DNA of 64,000 bases from Phormidesmis sp. (lineage in GTDB: Bacteria; Cyanobacteriota; Cyanobacteriia; Leptolyngbyales; Leptolyngbyaceae), in the NCBI GenBank assembly GCA_965248535.1, contig CBDFJR010000005.1:256001-320000 (forward strand). Direction: 5' to 3'. Positions 9,338-20,868 of this stretch are shown in pieces. How positions within the stretch are numbered: the first letter of the stretch is position 1; each line of letters begins with the position of its first letter. Both the position numbers and the translations under genes were made by a program. The notes below the pieces were generated by a model. That model did not search any database. It saw only the letters and a program-made list of their open reading frames with translations, and was not told the origin of the DNA.

Positions 9338-12300
9338 TCATACAGAGGCACTTTGGGGCAGCTTTATCCCCAGAACTTGGGTATATGCACCTCGTGCCTG
9401 GGTTACGCCGATCGTTCGTTCAGCAGATTCAATCATCGGACGACGCAGGCTGACCACAATAAATTGTGCTTGTTGGGCCTGCTGTTTGATCATTCTAGCT
9501 AATCGCTCTACGTTTGCCCCGTCAAGAAACATATCAACCTCGTCAAACGCATAAAACGGCGAGGGGCGATAGCGCTGAAGGGCAAAAATGAAGCTGAGAG
9601 CCGTTAGTGATTTTTCGCCGCCAGACATCGAAGCCAATCGCTGAATGGGCTTGCCTTTGGGGTGGGCCACCAAGTTTAAGCCCCCATTAAACGGGTCTTG
9701 GGCATCTTCGAGTTGCAAATGCCCATCGCCATCAGAAAGGGTGGCAAAAATTGCCTGAAAGTTGATGTCTACTGCGTCGTAGGCTTCTTTGAAAGCCCGT
9801 TGCCGCAGGGTTGTGAAGTTTTCGATGCGCAGTAATAACTCGGTGCGCTCTTCTTGCAGCGTTTCGAGTTTTTCGGTGAGTTCTTCGAGGCGGGCTTGGG
9901 TGCGATCATACTCCTCTAGCGCCAGCATATTCACAGGTTCCATTGCCTGAAGGCGTTTTTGCAGCGATCGTAGCTCGTGCTGAAGTTGAGCTAAATCGGG
10001 TGCCGGGTCAGGAATCTCTGGCAGTGGGTCAGGCAGGTCGGCTCGTTGGGCGGCGAGTTGCTCATGCAGGGCGGCGACCTCGGTGCGGCGGGCCACCTGA
10101 GTTTCTTGGACTTTGCCGCGCTGCCAGTCAAGCTGCTGCTGGCGAGTTTGCAGGTCGCGCAGTTGGCGATCGACGCGATCGCGCTGCTGGCGCTCTGATC
10201 CCAGAGTTTTCTCTAAGGTGGCTAGGGCGGTTTTGAGTTCCGTAATGTGTTGGCTGACTTCGAGTTGCTGGGCGCTGAGGGTAGATTGCTGCTGTAGCTG
10301 CCCGGTTTGCTGGGTGCGGTGTTCTTGAAGTCGGGCTTGCCCTTGCTGGATTTTTTCTTGAAGTCTCTGCCGCTGGTTGTCTAATTGCAGCAGGCGCTGT
10401 TCGACGGTGCGAAGGGCTAATTCTTTTTGGCTGAGGTCAGATTCTAGCGATCGGATGCGTAATTGAATTTGCTGCCACTCGCTGTGGGTTTGCGATTGCT
10501 CTAAATCTGCCAGGGTTTGCCGGAGGTGATCTAGCTGGGTTTCGTGAGCCGGAATCTTAGTCTCTAAAGTTTGTAACCGAGTCTGAGCCGTCGTCAGTTC
10601 TTGAGTGCTGGTTTGGAGTTGCTGACTGACTTGGGACAGTTGCGTGGTGAGACGCTGAGTTTCTGTTTTAGTCTGCTCAGACTTAAGCTGAAACTCTCGA
10701 TGCTGCTGACGCGCTTCGGTGAGGTGCTGCATCGCTTTTTGGTGGGCGATCGTGGCTTTCACCAGCGTCTCTTCACACCTAAACAGGATCGTGTCGATCA
10801 CTTTGAGGCGTTCTCTTAAGGTCGTGATCTCGGCTGACTCGCCTGCCTCCACGGTGCCAAACCGGATGGAAGAGCGACCACCAGAACTGCCGCCCGTCAT
10901 GGCTCCGCTGGGTTCGAGTAGCTCTCCGTCAAGGGTCACCATGCGATATTGCCCGATATAGCGTCGAGCGTCGCCCATGGCTTGAAAGACAACTGTGCTG
11001 CCAAACACATAGGAAAACACTTCCCAATAGCGATCGTCGCACTCAATTAGATTAATCGCAAAGTCAACGCAGCCGCCCATCGATCGCAAGGTGCTGGCAG
11101 AAGGGGGCTTTCCGGCCCTGATTTTGTTGAGCGGCAAAAAAGTGGCTCGTCCGGCGCGCTTTTGTTTGAGAATCTCGATCGCCGCAGCCGCGATCGCGTC
11201 ATCATCCACCACTAATTGTCCCAACCGTCCGCCTGCCGCCGTTTCTAGGGCGACCTGATAGCGCGGCTCGACCCGTCCGAGTTGGGCGACGAGGCCATGG
11301 ACTCCCGACAAACCCATTTTGAGAATCACCTGCGTGGCGTGAGTGCCTTGCGCCTCTTGGATAGCCTGGGATTGGGCTTCTAATTTGTCTAAGGTGCGCT
11401 GTTTGTCGCGCTGCTCATTGAGAAGGCGCGTCTGGGTCTCTTTCTGAATTTGGGCTTCTTGCTCGGCCGCCGACACCGCTTGTGCCAATGCCTGAATTTG
11501 AGTGGTGAACTGCTCTAGAGCGGTAGCAAGTTGAGTCTGTTCGGCTTGTTTTTCGGCGAGTTGTTGCTGGAGGGTTTGCTGCGATCGTGTCTGTTCTTGA
11601 ATCTGTCGCTCAAGCTGGCTGGTGCGTTCTTGCAGTTGCGCTTGCTCGGTGCGGTGCGGTTCTAGACGAGTCAGCAGCGTGTCGATTTGGTGCCGCAAGT
11701 CTGTTTGTTCTTGCACCCAAGCCTCGGCGCTGGCGGCAGAAGTCGTGGCGGCTTCGCGGTTCACCTCTAGGATTTGTTTTGCGTCGTCTCGCTGTTGACG
11801 CAGGGCGGCGAGATCTTGTGTCTCGGCGGTCTGCTGTTCTTGAGTCAGAGAGTCTAGAGTTTGGGTTTGTTCGTGGATCTCTTGCTGCGATCGGGCTAAG
11901 TTCTCCGCTAAAGTCCGGCTGGAGTTGGTTAAATCTTGCTCTTGGCGCTGAAGCTGCCGCAACTCTGCCTCGCGAGTGGCTAGGGTCGATTGCAGGGCAA
12001 TTTGCTCTTCTTCGCCTAGCGATCGAACGTGGGCATTGAGCTTTTCTAGCTCGGCAGAAGTTTTCTCAATTTCGGCGACGATCGCGGCAATCTGAGTTGT
12101 CAAGTCAACGATTTCTGTCTCGCCCGTCCGAATCTGCGCCTGCAACTGCTCGGCGCTTCGGGCTGCCTGCCGATAGCGAATCACGACTTCCCACTGCTCT
12201 TTGGCTTGCAGTTCGCCGCGCAGTTTTTGATATTTTTCAGCTTTGATGCGATCTTGAGCGAGGCGATCGCGCTGGTCAATTAATTCTTTTTCGACGATGT

Positions 12301-12985
12301 GATATTTATCTTCACGCTCTTTGACAGCATCTAGCTTGTCTTTGGCTTGGTTGATCTTACGATCGAAGGATGCCACCCCCGCTAATTCATCAATGATTTC
12401 TCGCCGCTCACGGGCGTTCATGGAAATGATTCGCGTCACGTCGCCTTGCAGCACAACGTTATAGCCTTCTGGATAGATGCGTAGACGATTTAGCTGCTCG
12501 TGTAACTCAGTCAGGGTGCAGGGTTCACCATTAATAAAATAATTAGAGGTGTAAGTACCTTGCTGTGTGACGCGCAGTTTTCGAGTCACACTCCATTCTG
12601 CGTTGGGCAGTTCACTCGCACCGTTGCCATTTTCATTCCCGTTCCCATTGCTGCTATTGGTAGGAGCCAGTTCTGCTTCGTCGTCAGGCTTGCCCAAAGT
12701 GTTAAATAAATCAAGCTCATCTGACAGGTCAAAGGTGGCGGTGACGGCGGCTTCGACGGTCGATCGTCCGCGAGTGCTTTGAGTGTGGTTAACCAGATCA
12801 GGCAACCGTTCTGCCCGCATTCCTTTAGAGCCTGCTAGACCCAGACAAAACAGCAGTGCGTCGAGCAGATTTGATTTGCCAGAGCCATTGGGGCCCGAAA
12901 TCACCGTAAACCCTGGCAGCAACGGGATCGGCGTTGTGCCACCAAAGGATTTGAAGTTAGTCAGTTCGACGCGCTTGACATACAC
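9338..12985 (-). CDS. smc: Chromosome segregation protein SMC
   Basis: GPNGSGKSN Walker A, long coiled coils, hinge (GRATFLPL; GAMTGG), SGGEKSL signature, FDEVD Walker B. Confidence 0.98.
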   Translation of the reverse strand: MYVKRVELTNFKSFGGTTPIPLLPGFTVISGPNGSGKSNLLDALLFCLGLAGSKGMRAERLPDLVNHTQSTRGRSTVEAAVTATFDLSDELDLFNTLGKPDDEAELAPTNSSNGNGNENGNGASELPNAEWSVTRKLRVTQQGTYTSNYFINGEPCTLTELHEQLNRLRIYPEGYNVVLQGDVTRIISMNARERREIIDELAGVASFDRKINQAKDKLDAVKEREDKYHIVEKELIDQRDRLAQDRIKAEKYQKLRGELQAKEQWEVVIRYRQAARSAEQLQAQIRTGETEIVDLTTQIAAIVAEIEKTSAELEKLNAHVRSLGEEEQIALQSTLATREAELRQLQRQEQDLTNSSRTLAENLARSQQEIHEQTQTLDSLTQEQQTAETQDLAALRQQRDDAKQILEVNREAATTSAASAEAWVQEQTDLRHQIDTLLTRLEPHRTEQAQLQERTSQLERQIQEQTRSQQTLQQQLAEKQAEQTQLATALEQFTTQIQALAQAVSAAEQEAQIQKETQTRLLNEQRDKQRTLDKLEAQSQAIQEAQGTHATQVILKMGLSGVHGLVAQLGRVEPRYQVALETAAGGRLGQLVVDDDAIAAAAIEILKQKRAGRATFLPLNKIRAGKPPSASTLRSMGGCVDFAINLIECDDRYWEVFSYVFGSTVVFQAMGDARRYIGQYRMVTLDGELLEPSGAMTGGSSGGRSSIRFGTVEAGESAEITTLRERLKVIDTILFRCEETLVKATIAHQKAMQHLTEARQQHREFQLKSEQTKTETQRLTTQLSQVSQQLQTSTQELTTAQTRLQTLETKIPAHETQLDHLRQTLADLEQSQTHSEWQQIQLRIRSLESDLSQKELALRTVEQRLLQLDNQRQRLQEKIQQGQARLQEHRTQQTGQLQQQSTLSAQQLEVSQHITELKTALATLEKTLGSERQQRDRVDRQLRDLQTRQQQLDWQRGKVQETQVARRTEVAALHEQLAAQRADLPDPLPEIPDPAPDLAQLQHELRSLQKRLQAMEPVNMLALEEYDRTQARLEELTEKLETLQEERTELLLRIENFTTLRQRAFKEAYDAVDINFQAIFATLSDGDGHLQLEDAQDPFNGGLNLVAHPKGKPIQRLASMSGGEKSLTALSFIFALQRYRPSPFYAFDEVDMFLDGANVERLARMIKQQAQQAQFIVVSLRRPMIESAERTIGVTQARGAYTQVLGIKLPQSASV

Positions 12986-13174
12986 AGGCTGTTCTGACCG
13001 AAAAATGAGTGTTTAGTGTAGCTCAACTAGAGCTTTCTGGATGGAAATGAGGAAGTTTCCTATAGTGATAGCATAGTCAGAACAAGCGTTCTATAAACTT
13101 TTGGGTTTTTAGATGATTTTGAGCAATTGTATAGGCAAAATTCGATCTGAAAAGATTATGCGGGCACAGCGAAC

Positions 13175-13390
13175 TCAGAAAGCGGCAGGGTTGCCAGAAA
13201 ACATGAAGAGCAGTGCAAACCCTACGATCGCCAGCCCGATCGAAAACCCCAACAGCTTGAATCGATTTTGCCAATCCTTAGATCGGTCAGGAACCAGCCA
13301 GAGAAGTAGACATCCGATCGTCATCAGACTTCCCAAGATTGCCGCCGTTCCGCCTACCCACGCAATCACGAACCAGAGAAATAAACTCAT
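13175..13390 (-). CDS. Small hypothetical membrane protein (2 TM)
   Basis: 71 aa with two hydrophobic stretches; fills the gap between smc and CP12 on the same strand. Confidence 0.55.
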   Translation of the reverse strand: MSLFLWFVIAWVGGTAAILGSLMTIGCLLLWLVPDRSKDWQNRFKLLGFSIGLAIVGFALLFMFSGNPAAF

Positions 13391-13456
13391 TCAAGTCAGC
13401 GATCGCCACTCTAGATGAATCGAAGCGCTAGCGATCGCTGACTCATTATCCGTCAA

Positions 13457-13690
13457 CTACACATCATAAATGCGACACTCAGCCGCATCGGGGCGATCAG
13501 AACAGTAGCGATCGAGGCTCGATCGAGAATCGGTTTGAGGATCAGAACTCTCTAATTGAATGGACTCCACCGCATTCAACGCATCAATACATTCACTCGA
13601 TGCGGCTCCGGTAGTTGCACACGCCGTCTGCGCCTGTTGCTTTAATTCTTGAATTTGAGTGTCACGATCGGGACGGGTTTCTAAAGTCAT
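13457..13690 (-). CDS. cp12: Calvin-cycle protein CP12, atypical variant
   Basis: Two Cys pairs and C-terminal YCSDRPDAAECRIYDV typical of CP12; canonical AWDxVEEL core replaced by ALNAVESI. Confidence 0.85.
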   Translation of the reverse strand: MTLETRPDRDTQIQELKQQAQTACATTGAASSECIDALNAVESIQLESSDPQTDSRSSLDRYCSDRPDAAECRIYDV

Positions 13691-13941
13691 CTTATGTTCC
13701 TGGTTTATAGGGTTGAACCATTAAGTCAATTTGAATCGGATTTTGAAATCCTTAGCCTCACCCTAATCTTCTGTTCCACGATCGGGGTTCCTCCTCAGAC
13801 AGATCTCCTCTCATCCTTCAGTTAATTCATCGCAAAACTTAACACAGTCGTAAATAAGAAGGCATAACCCCCTTTTGGTAGACTTGTAAACTGAGAGCGC
13901 TTTTGAAGTGGCGCAAAATCAGCAGTTGGAGGACTTACTTC

Positions 13942-14979
13942 GTGGAAAACACGCTGGGTTTAGAGATTATTGAAGTGGTTGAGCAGGCTGCGATCGCCTC
14001 CGCTCGCTGGATGGGAAAAGGCGATAAAAATATGGCTGACCACGTAGCTGTTGAGGCTATGCGGGAGCGGATGAATAAAATCCATATGCGGGGTCGCATC
14101 GTCATTGGAGAAGGAGAGCGTGACGACGCGCCGATGCTCTATATCGGTGAAGAAGTTGGGGTCTGCACCCAACCCGATGCCAAAAACTTTTGCAACCCCG
14201 ATGAGTTAGTCGAGATTGACATCGCCGTTGACCCCTGCGAAGGCACCAACCTTTGCGCCTATGGGCAACCCGGCTCAATGGCAGTGCTAGCCATCTCCGA
14301 AAAAGGTGGATTGTTTGCAGCCCCCGACTTCTATATGAAGAAAATCGCGGCTCCTCCGGCTGCTAAAGGCAAAGTAGACATCAACAAGTCTGCGACTGAA
14401 AACCTGAAGATTTTGTCTGAGTGTTTAGATCGAGCGATCGAAGAACTCGTGATCGTCGTCATGAAGCGCGAACGCCACAGCGGGCTGATCGCCGAAATCC
14501 GTGAAGCAGGTGCCAGAGTGCAGCTAATCAGCGATGGTGACGTGGGCGCTGCCATCTCCTGCGGCTTTGCAGGCACCAACATTCACGCGCTGATGGGCAT
14601 CGGTGCGGCCCCTGAAGGGGTGATTTCTGCCGCCGCAATGCGGGCAATGGGCGGGCACTTCCAAGGGCAATTGATCTATGATCCAGAAGTGGTCAAAACC
14701 GGGCTGATTGGCGAAAGCAAAGAAGCCAACATCGATCGCCTCAAGAGCATGGGCATCACCGACCCTGATAAAGTCTATGATGCGACCGAACTTGCATCGG
14801 GTGACACCGTGCTGTTTGCAGGTTGTGGCATTACTCCAGGCAACCTGATGCAGGGTGTGCGCTTCTTTAAAGGCGGCGCAAGAACCCAGTCGTTGGTCAT
14901 CTCCAACAAATCTCAGACGGCCCGATTTGTGGACACCGTTCACATGAACGGGCAGCCCAAAGTGGTGCAACTGCACTAA
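13942..14979 (+). CDS. glpX: Class II fructose-1,6-/sedoheptulose-1,7-bisphosphatase
   Basis: [23 protein letters not shown] and [12 protein letters not shown] motifs; GTG start 13942 preceded by GGAGG. Confidence 0.96.
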   Translation: MENTLGLEIIEVVEQAAIASARWMGKGDKNMADHVAVEAMRERMNKIHMRGRIVIGEGERDDAPMLYIGEEVGVCTQPDAKNFCNPDELVEIDIAVDPCEGTNLCAYGQPGSMAVLAISEKGGLFAAPDFYMKKIAAPPAAKGKVDINKSATENLKILSECLDRAIEELVIVVMKRERHSGLIAEIREAGARVQLISDGDVGAAISCGFAGTNIHALMGIGAAPEGVISAAAMRAMGGHFQGQLIYDPEVVKTGLIGESKEANIDRLKSMGITDPDKVYDATELASGDTVLFAGCGITPGNLMQGVRFFKGGARTQSLVISNKSQTARFVDTVHMNGQPKVVQLH

Positions 14980-14996
14980 TCGCTAGAGCGATCGTC

Positions 14997-15036
14997 AATA
15001 GGGAATAGCCCAACACCTCGTGGACTGTTCCCTATT
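14997..15036 (+). terminator. Stem-loop between glpX and hemA
   Basis: aatagggaatag...ctgttccctatt inverted repeat directly after the glpX stop. Confidence 0.55.
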
Positions 15037-15111
15037 AATGCCTAACTAGGCTCAACCCGTTAATTTTCAAATTCATTGTGTTCAGCTTCATAGTTTTAGA
15101 GTGAATTTAAA

Positions 15112-16407
15112 ATGAACATTGCTGTCGTGGGGCTTAGTCATAAAACAGCCCCGGTTGAGGTTCGTGAGAAACTGAGTATTCCTGAACCTGTTTATGACAA
15201 AGCGATCGCTGAGTTGTGCAGCTATCCTCACTTAGAAGAGGTCGCCGTTCTCAGCACCTGCAACCGCCTAGAAATTTATATCGTCACGACCGAGACTGAA
15301 CAGGGCATTCGCGAGGTGATTCAGTTTCTCTCAGAGCACAGCAAGCTGCCCGCAATCTATTTGCGTCAATATCTCTTCACGCTGCTGCACCAAGATGCAG
15401 TCATGCACTTGATGCGGGTTTCGTCAGGGTTAGATAGTCTGGTGTTGGGCGAAGGACAAATTTTGGCCCAGGTGAAGCAGTGTCACAAACTGGGGCAACA
15501 GCATAACGGGGTTGGGCGAATTCTCAATCAACTCTTTAAGCAGGGCATCACCGCCGGAAAACGAGTTCGCACCGAAACCAGTATCGGCACTGGGGCGGTT
15601 TCGATTAGCTCGGCGGCCGTCGAGTTGGCGCAAATCAAAGCCCAAAATCTAGCGGCCTGTCGAGTCCTCATTCTCGGTGCAGGCAAGATGTCTCGGCTGC
15701 TGGTTCAGCATTTGCTGTCTAAGGGTGCTACGCACATCACGATTTTAAACCGCACGATCGAGCGTGCCAATGAGCTAGCCAAACTGTTTCCTGATGCGCT
15801 GCTGCACCTCGGTTTGATGACGGAGATGATGCCCACGATCGCTGACTCGGATATTATTTTCACCAGCACGTCTGCAACCGAGCCAATTCTCGACGGTGCC
15901 AAGCTAGAGATGGTGTTGCAGCCTAACCAGCATTTGATGATTTTTGATATTGCCGTTCCGCGCAACGTGGATGCAAACGTAAACGCGTTATCCCACGTCC
16001 AAGCGTTTAACGTAGATGACTTAAAAGCCGTCGTCGCCCAAAATCAAGAGAGCCGTCGTCAAATGGCCATGGAAGCTGAATTGCTGCTCGACGAAGAAAT
16101 TGACTCGTTTGATCTGTGGCTGCGATCGCTCGAAACCGTCTCGACTATCAGTAGTTTGCGCGATAAAGTAGAAACCATCCGTGCTCAAGAATTAGAAAAA
16201 GCGCTGTCGAGATTGGGCAACGAGTTTGGCGATCGCCACAAAGAAATCATCGAAGCGCTGACTCGCGGCATTGTCAACAAAATTTTGCACGACCCAATGG
16301 TGCAGTTGAGGGCGCAGCAAGATATTGAAGTCCGGCGGCAAGCGATGCAGACGTTAACTGTGTTGTTTAATCTAGAGACCCCCAACAATCAGCAGGCGAG
16401 GGTTTAG
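15112..16407 (+). CDS. hemA: Glutamyl-tRNA reductase
   Basis: [31 protein letters not shown] and DIAVPRN motifs. Confidence 0.97.
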   Translation: MNIAVVGLSHKTAPVEVREKLSIPEPVYDKAIAELCSYPHLEEVAVLSTCNRLEIYIVTTETEQGIREVIQFLSEHSKLPAIYLRQYLFTLLHQDAVMHLMRVSSGLDSLVLGEGQILAQVKQCHKLGQQHNGVGRILNQLFKQGITAGKRVRTETSIGTGAVSISSAAVELAQIKAQNLAACRVLILGAGKMSRLLVQHLLSKGATHITILNRTIERANELAKLFPDALLHLGLMTEMMPTIADSDIIFTSTSATEPILDGAKLEMVLQPNQHLMIFDIAVPRNVDANVNALSHVQAFNVDDLKAVVAQNQESRRQMAMEAELLLDEEIDSFDLWLRSLETVSTISSLRDKVETIRAQELEKALSRLGNEFGDRHKEIIEALTRGIVNKILHDPMVQLRAQQDIEVRRQAMQTLTVLFNLETPNNQQARV

Positions 16408-16445
16408 GAAAACATTAGATTGTATCCCTGAGTTTGACAGATTTT

Positions 16446-16464
16446 CGTAAGGGCACTGCCATGC
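16446..16464. repeat. Degenerate (internally deleted) copy of the REP-like palindrome
   Basis: cgtaagggcactgccatgc equals the consensus lacking cggca, with one substitution. Confidence 0.5.
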
Positions 16465-16486
16465 TCTGACCAACGATTACTTAACG

Positions 16487-19360
16487 ATGTGGAATCAAGC
16501 CTTTAAGTCAGTCGTTCTCTTATTGGGATTGTGGTTTGGGTTTGATTTGCTGTCTCATTTGATAGCAGAGAGCCTGTGGTTTCAAGAAGTGGGTTATCTG
16601 AGGGTGTTTTGGCTGCGGCTGGGCACTCAGGCAGCGATCGGGACGATCGTTACCCTTGGTTCAGCGTGGTTTCTGCTCGGCAATCTGGCTCAAGCCGATC
16701 GCCTTAAGCCCGCACAACCTGCAACCAATCACCCAGCAAACGCTCTCCCCTGGCTGATTCCGCTCACCTTTTCTCTCAGTTTGCTGCTGGGAGTTTTGCT
16801 GTTGCACTATGGGCAAACCGCCGCGAGTTTTTGGCAGATTAACTGGACGCTGCCTGATCTTTCTCCTGTCTCACCGAGGCAATTTCGATTAGATACGATC
16901 GCCGAAATTCTGTCCCAACTGTTTGCCCTAATCAGACAGGGTTGGATCGCCTCATTAGAACTCGTTGCCCTAGCTGGATTCGCGATCGCGCTCCTGATCT
17001 ACCCCCGATTTTTGTTAACCGCGATCGCTATCCTCTTCAGCTTGGGGTTGGGGTTTAGTTTGTCGCACCATTGGGGCAAGGTGTTGCAGGCAATCCACAG
17101 CACGTCATTTAATCAAACTGAGCCACTCTTTAATCGAGATGTGGGCGATTATGTGTTCTTTTTGCCGATCGCCGAACTGGTGCAATATTGGCTGACGGGA
17201 TTGTTGATTTATGGATTAGTCGCGGTTTGTTTAATCTATCTGCTAGCAGGCAACAGTTTAAGCGAAGGCACCTTTTCAGGGTTTTCGCAGCAACAACAGC
17301 GTCACTTATCGGGGTTAGGCGGCTGTTTGATGCTAGCGATCGCCCTCAGTTATTGGATCAGTCGCTACGAATTGTTCTACTCGACTCACGGTGTTGCTTA
17401 TGGCGCAAGCTATACAGACGTTGGGGTGCGGTTGCCTGCCTATACTGCATTGAGTGTTGCCGCAGTTGCAATTGCGGGCTATTTGTTCTATCGCGCTTGC
17501 ATTAACTCAAAAGTCCAAATTCTGAATTCTAAATTGTTCTATGGACTGATTAGTTATGGATTGGTGGCCGCGATCGTGACTCCATTGTTGTCGATAGCAG
17601 TCCAGCGGTTTGCCGTGCAGCCCAACGAGTTAGCCAAAGAACGCCCCTATATCGAGCGCAGCATTGCCAAAACTAGAGAAGCGTTTAACCTGACGGCGAT
17701 CGAGACTCAAACGTTCAATCCCCAAAACGATCTGACCTTAGAAGCACTGCAACAAAATGCGCTAACCATTCGCAACATTCGCCTGTGGGATACTCGCCCA
17801 TTGCTGCAAACTAATCGGCAGCTTCAGCAAATTCGACCTTATTACACGTTTTTTGATGCCGACATCGATCGCTACACGCTGCTCAGTGAACAATCAACGC
17901 GGGAGACTGAAAAACAGCAAGTTCTCATTGCCGCTCGTGAATTAGATTACAACACTGTTCCCCCCGATGCTAAAACGTGGATCAACGAGCATCTCACCTA
18001 CACCCACGGCTACGGGTTTACCCTCAGTCCGGTCAATCGCGTGGCACCGGGCGGGCTGCCGGATTATTTTGTGCGTGATATTGGCGTAGATGCCCCCAAT
18101 CAAGGCAATGGCAACTTGCGGCTTTCGAGTCAACAGATTCGGGACAGCATTCCGATCGAGAATCCGCGTCTCTACTACGGTGAAAGCGCCAACACTCACG
18201 TCATGACGGCGACCAAGGTGCCAGAGTTTGATTACCCAAGCGGCAATGAAAACGCCTACAACACTTACGATGGGCGAGGCGGCATTAATATTGCAGCTTT
18301 TTGGCGACGCTTGTTGTTTGCCAACTATCTCGGCGATTGGCAAATGCTCTTGACAAGCGATTTCACTGAGCAAACAAAGCTATTGTTCCGTCGCAACATT
18401 AACGAACGCATTCGGGCGATCGCTCCTTTTCTGCGCTATGACCAAGATCCCTATCTCGTTGTTGCAGACGTTAAAGCTAATCAGGGAGCCACTCCCAGCC
18501 ATTTGTTTTGGATTGTTGATGCGTATACTACCAGCGATCGCTATCCCTATTCCGATCCAGGTTCCTTGGGTTTTAACTACATTCGCAACTCCGTCAAAGT
18601 TGTGATCGATGCCTACAACGGTTCAGTTAAGTTCTATGTGTCAGATGCCAGTGATCCGATTATTCAATCGTGGACGGCGATCTTTCCGAGTTTGTTTAGC
18701 CCGATCGCCACATTGCCGTCTTCGTTGCGGAATCATATTCGCTATCCCATCGATCTGTTTAACAGTCAGGCAGAACGGCTGATCGCCTATCACATGACCG
18801 ATCCGCAGGTTTTTTATAACCGTGAAGATCAGTGGCAAGTGCCCAATGAAATTTATGGCAACAAAACCCAACCTGTTGAACCCTATTATTTAATTACCAA
18901 ACTCCCGACGGCGGCGAGTGAAGAGTTTATTTTGCTGTTGCCCTACACGCCCAATCAGCGCACCAATTTGATTGCTTGGCTAGCCGCCCGATCGGATGGT
19001 GAAAACTACGGCAAACTGTTGCTCTACACATTTCCAAAACAAGAATTGGTTTTTGGCACCGAGCAAATTGAAGCTCGAATCAATCAAGATCCGGTGATCT
19101 CCCAGCAAATTTCGCTCTGGAACCGAGCCGGATCACGCGCTATTCAAGGCAATTTGTTGGTGATTCCGATTCAAAAATCTCTCCTCTATGTCGAGCCGCT
19201 TTATCTCGAAGCGGAGCAAAACAGCCTGCCAACACTAGTGCGCGTGATTGTTGCCTACGAAAACCGCATCGCGATGGCAGCAACCCTTGATGAAGCACTA
19301 CGAGCAATTTTTCAGCCTACGCCGACGAAAACACCCGCGATCGTGCGTCCGGTTAGATGA
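16487..19360 (+). CDS. UPF0182 family membrane protein
   Basis: N-terminal multi-TM region; [31 protein letters not shown] and GNLLVIP motifs. Confidence 0.93.
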   Translation: MWNQAFKSVVLLLGLWFGFDLLSHLIAESLWFQEVGYLRVFWLRLGTQAAIGTIVTLGSAWFLLGNLAQADRLKPAQPATNHPANALPWLIPLTFSLSLLLGVLLLHYGQTAASFWQINWTLPDLSPVSPRQFRLDTIAEILSQLFALIRQGWIASLELVALAGFAIALLIYPRFLLTAIAILFSLGLGFSLSHHWGKVLQAIHSTSFNQTEPLFNRDVGDYVFFLPIAELVQYWLTGLLIYGLVAVCLIYLLAGNSLSEGTFSGFSQQQQRHLSGLGGCLMLAIALSYWISRYELFYSTHGVAYGASYTDVGVRLPAYTALSVAAVAIAGYLFYRACINSKVQILNSKLFYGLISYGLVAAIVTPLLSIAVQRFAVQPNELAKERPYIERSIAKTREAFNLTAIETQTFNPQNDLTLEALQQNALTIRNIRLWDTRPLLQTNRQLQQIRPYYTFFDADIDRYTLLSEQSTRETEKQQVLIAARELDYNTVPPDAKTWINEHLTYTHGYGFTLSPVNRVAPGGLPDYFVRDIGVDAPNQGNGNLRLSSQQIRDSIPIENPRLYYGESANTHVMTATKVPEFDYPSGNENAYNTYDGRGGINIAAFWRRLLFANYLGDWQMLLTSDFTEQTKLLFRRNINERIRAIAPFLRYDQDPYLVVADVKANQGATPSHLFWIVDAYTTSDRYPYSDPGSLGFNYIRNSVKVVIDAYNGSVKFYVSDASDPIIQSWTAIFPSLFSPIATLPSSLRNHIRYPIDLFNSQAERLIAYHMTDPQVFYNREDQWQVPNEIYGNKTQPVEPYYLITKLPTAASEEFILLLPYTPNQRTNLIAWLAARSDGENYGKLLLYTFPKQELVFGTEQIEARINQDPVISQQISLWNRAGSRAIQGNLLVIPIQKSLLYVEPLYLEAEQNSLPTLVRVIVAYENRIAMAATLDEALRAIFQPTPTKTPAIVRPVR

Positions 19361-19371
19361 GCAAAAACGAT

Positions 19372-19566
19372 CTACTCAGCATTTAACCCATCGTCTATCA
19401 CAATATCCCACGCGGATATTTCTTCTTGAAACTCTGGATCGCTAGTCTGCTCTTTATAAGCGTCTTCCAGTTCTTTCATAAAGACTTTTTGCTTCTCTTG
19501 AAATAGAATGCTGATTTGCCATTGAATAGCTAAGTTGAGCCACCGTAGTCCATTTCTAATTCTCAT
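19372..19566 (-). pseudogene. Remnant of a CopG/MazE-like antitoxin (C-terminal part only), no toxin downstream
   Basis: QEKQKVFMKELEDAYKEQTSDPEFQEEISAWDIVIDDGLNA resembles the WD..xDGL tail of antitoxins paired with PemK/MazF toxins; no RHH-like N-terminus. Confidence 0.55.
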
Positions 19567-20868
19567 AGTTCGTATGGATGCTGCTTTCGTGCATTGGTGA
19601 AGTCTTCAGAAGGTTGATTTGAAACTCCCCAAATTCCTGCCAGCAACACCCACCCGATCGTATTAATGCGCGCATCGAACAATGTAATATCCAAAAAGCT
19701 GAACAACGCACAGGCAGAGAAGGCCATCAGAAACGTGAAATAGATCAAACGATCGTCACCCATATCCCTCAGCGCCAACACGCCCTGAGCCATCACCCAA
19801 CCCACTAAGCCATACAACAACAAAGCTGCCGGAATGCCCGCTTCGGCCGACATCATCAGCAACAGATTGTGTGGATGCCCCAGCCAATAGTGCATTTGAG
19901 CATCATAGAGGGGCGTAAAGTTTCGCAAGCCCCAACCCGTGAGCGGCCGCTGTTGCGCCAGTGACCAAGCAAACTTCCACTGCGTCGATCGCAGTTGAGC
20001 TAAAGGACGATCGCTATACATCTGGTCATTTAGCCTTGCCCAAAAAAACGCTGGCACCACTAGCCGAAACCAAGCCTGAAACGGGAGCGGTGCAAACGCT
20101 GCGCCTAACATCACTCCGGCAATAGCAGCAACTATGCCCACAATCCAGCGCCAGCCTTGATAGAGCGCAAAGGCAAGACAGGCTAACAGCGCGATCGCCC
20201 AAGCATTCCGAGAGTTGGTGAGAATCAGGGCGATCGCGTCGAGCACCACAACGCTGCCTAAAAAATACCAGTGCCGCGTTTGTTTGGCAGACTCAACCCA
20301 CAGTCCCTAGCCCTAGCCCAAATACCCCCACAAAATAACTCGCTAACACATTGGCGTAGGTAAACACCGATGCCATGCGTCCGGGTGGGTTGCCCGTGGG
20401 CGCGATCGTCCACTCAATCAAGCCCCACAGCAGCGAAGGATGTCCGCCCCAGCTTAAATAAAGTTGACCTAAACCAATCAGCGTCACCGGAATCGATGTG
20501 AGCACCAAAATCCAGGCGATGCGTCGCAGTTGAGCCGCCGTCTGAATCAACAACCCCAAAGCCGGAAAGACAATAAAAAAGGGCAGAAAATTGAACAATC
20601 CTAAAAACGCATTCTCGCGGTTGAAGGCAAAGAAAGCGGTGACCACTAGCCAAACGCCCAGCAGCAAAAATCCGCGATTGAGCGGCTGACGAATTAAAAA
20701 TTTGGCTCGTCGTCTCCAAATGTCGAGCGACGTGACCAGGAGCGCGACGCAGCCCAAAAACGCACTAAAAGGCAGCAGAACTAATCCAATTTGAATCACA
20801 TTCCAGTGCCGTTGCAGTGCCCGATCGGGATGAGCCTGAAGCCGAATCGCGTTCAAAATCGTGTTCAA
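19563..20868 (-). pseudogene. O-antigen ligase-family membrane protein split by a +1 frameshift at about 20305-20307 (possible sequencing error)
   Basis: Removing one G from ctaGGGactg joins ORFs 20293..20868 and 19563..20249 into 434 aa (..GLGLWVESAKQTRHWYFLGSVVVLDAIAL..); RMASVFTYAN, TNSRNAW, RPLTGWG and HPHN motifs. Confidence 0.85.

Noticed and set aside
12590..12720. Insertion in the SMC head domain as a possible intein
   Set aside because: Short low-complexity N/G-rich loop without Cys/Ser start or His-Asn end motifs
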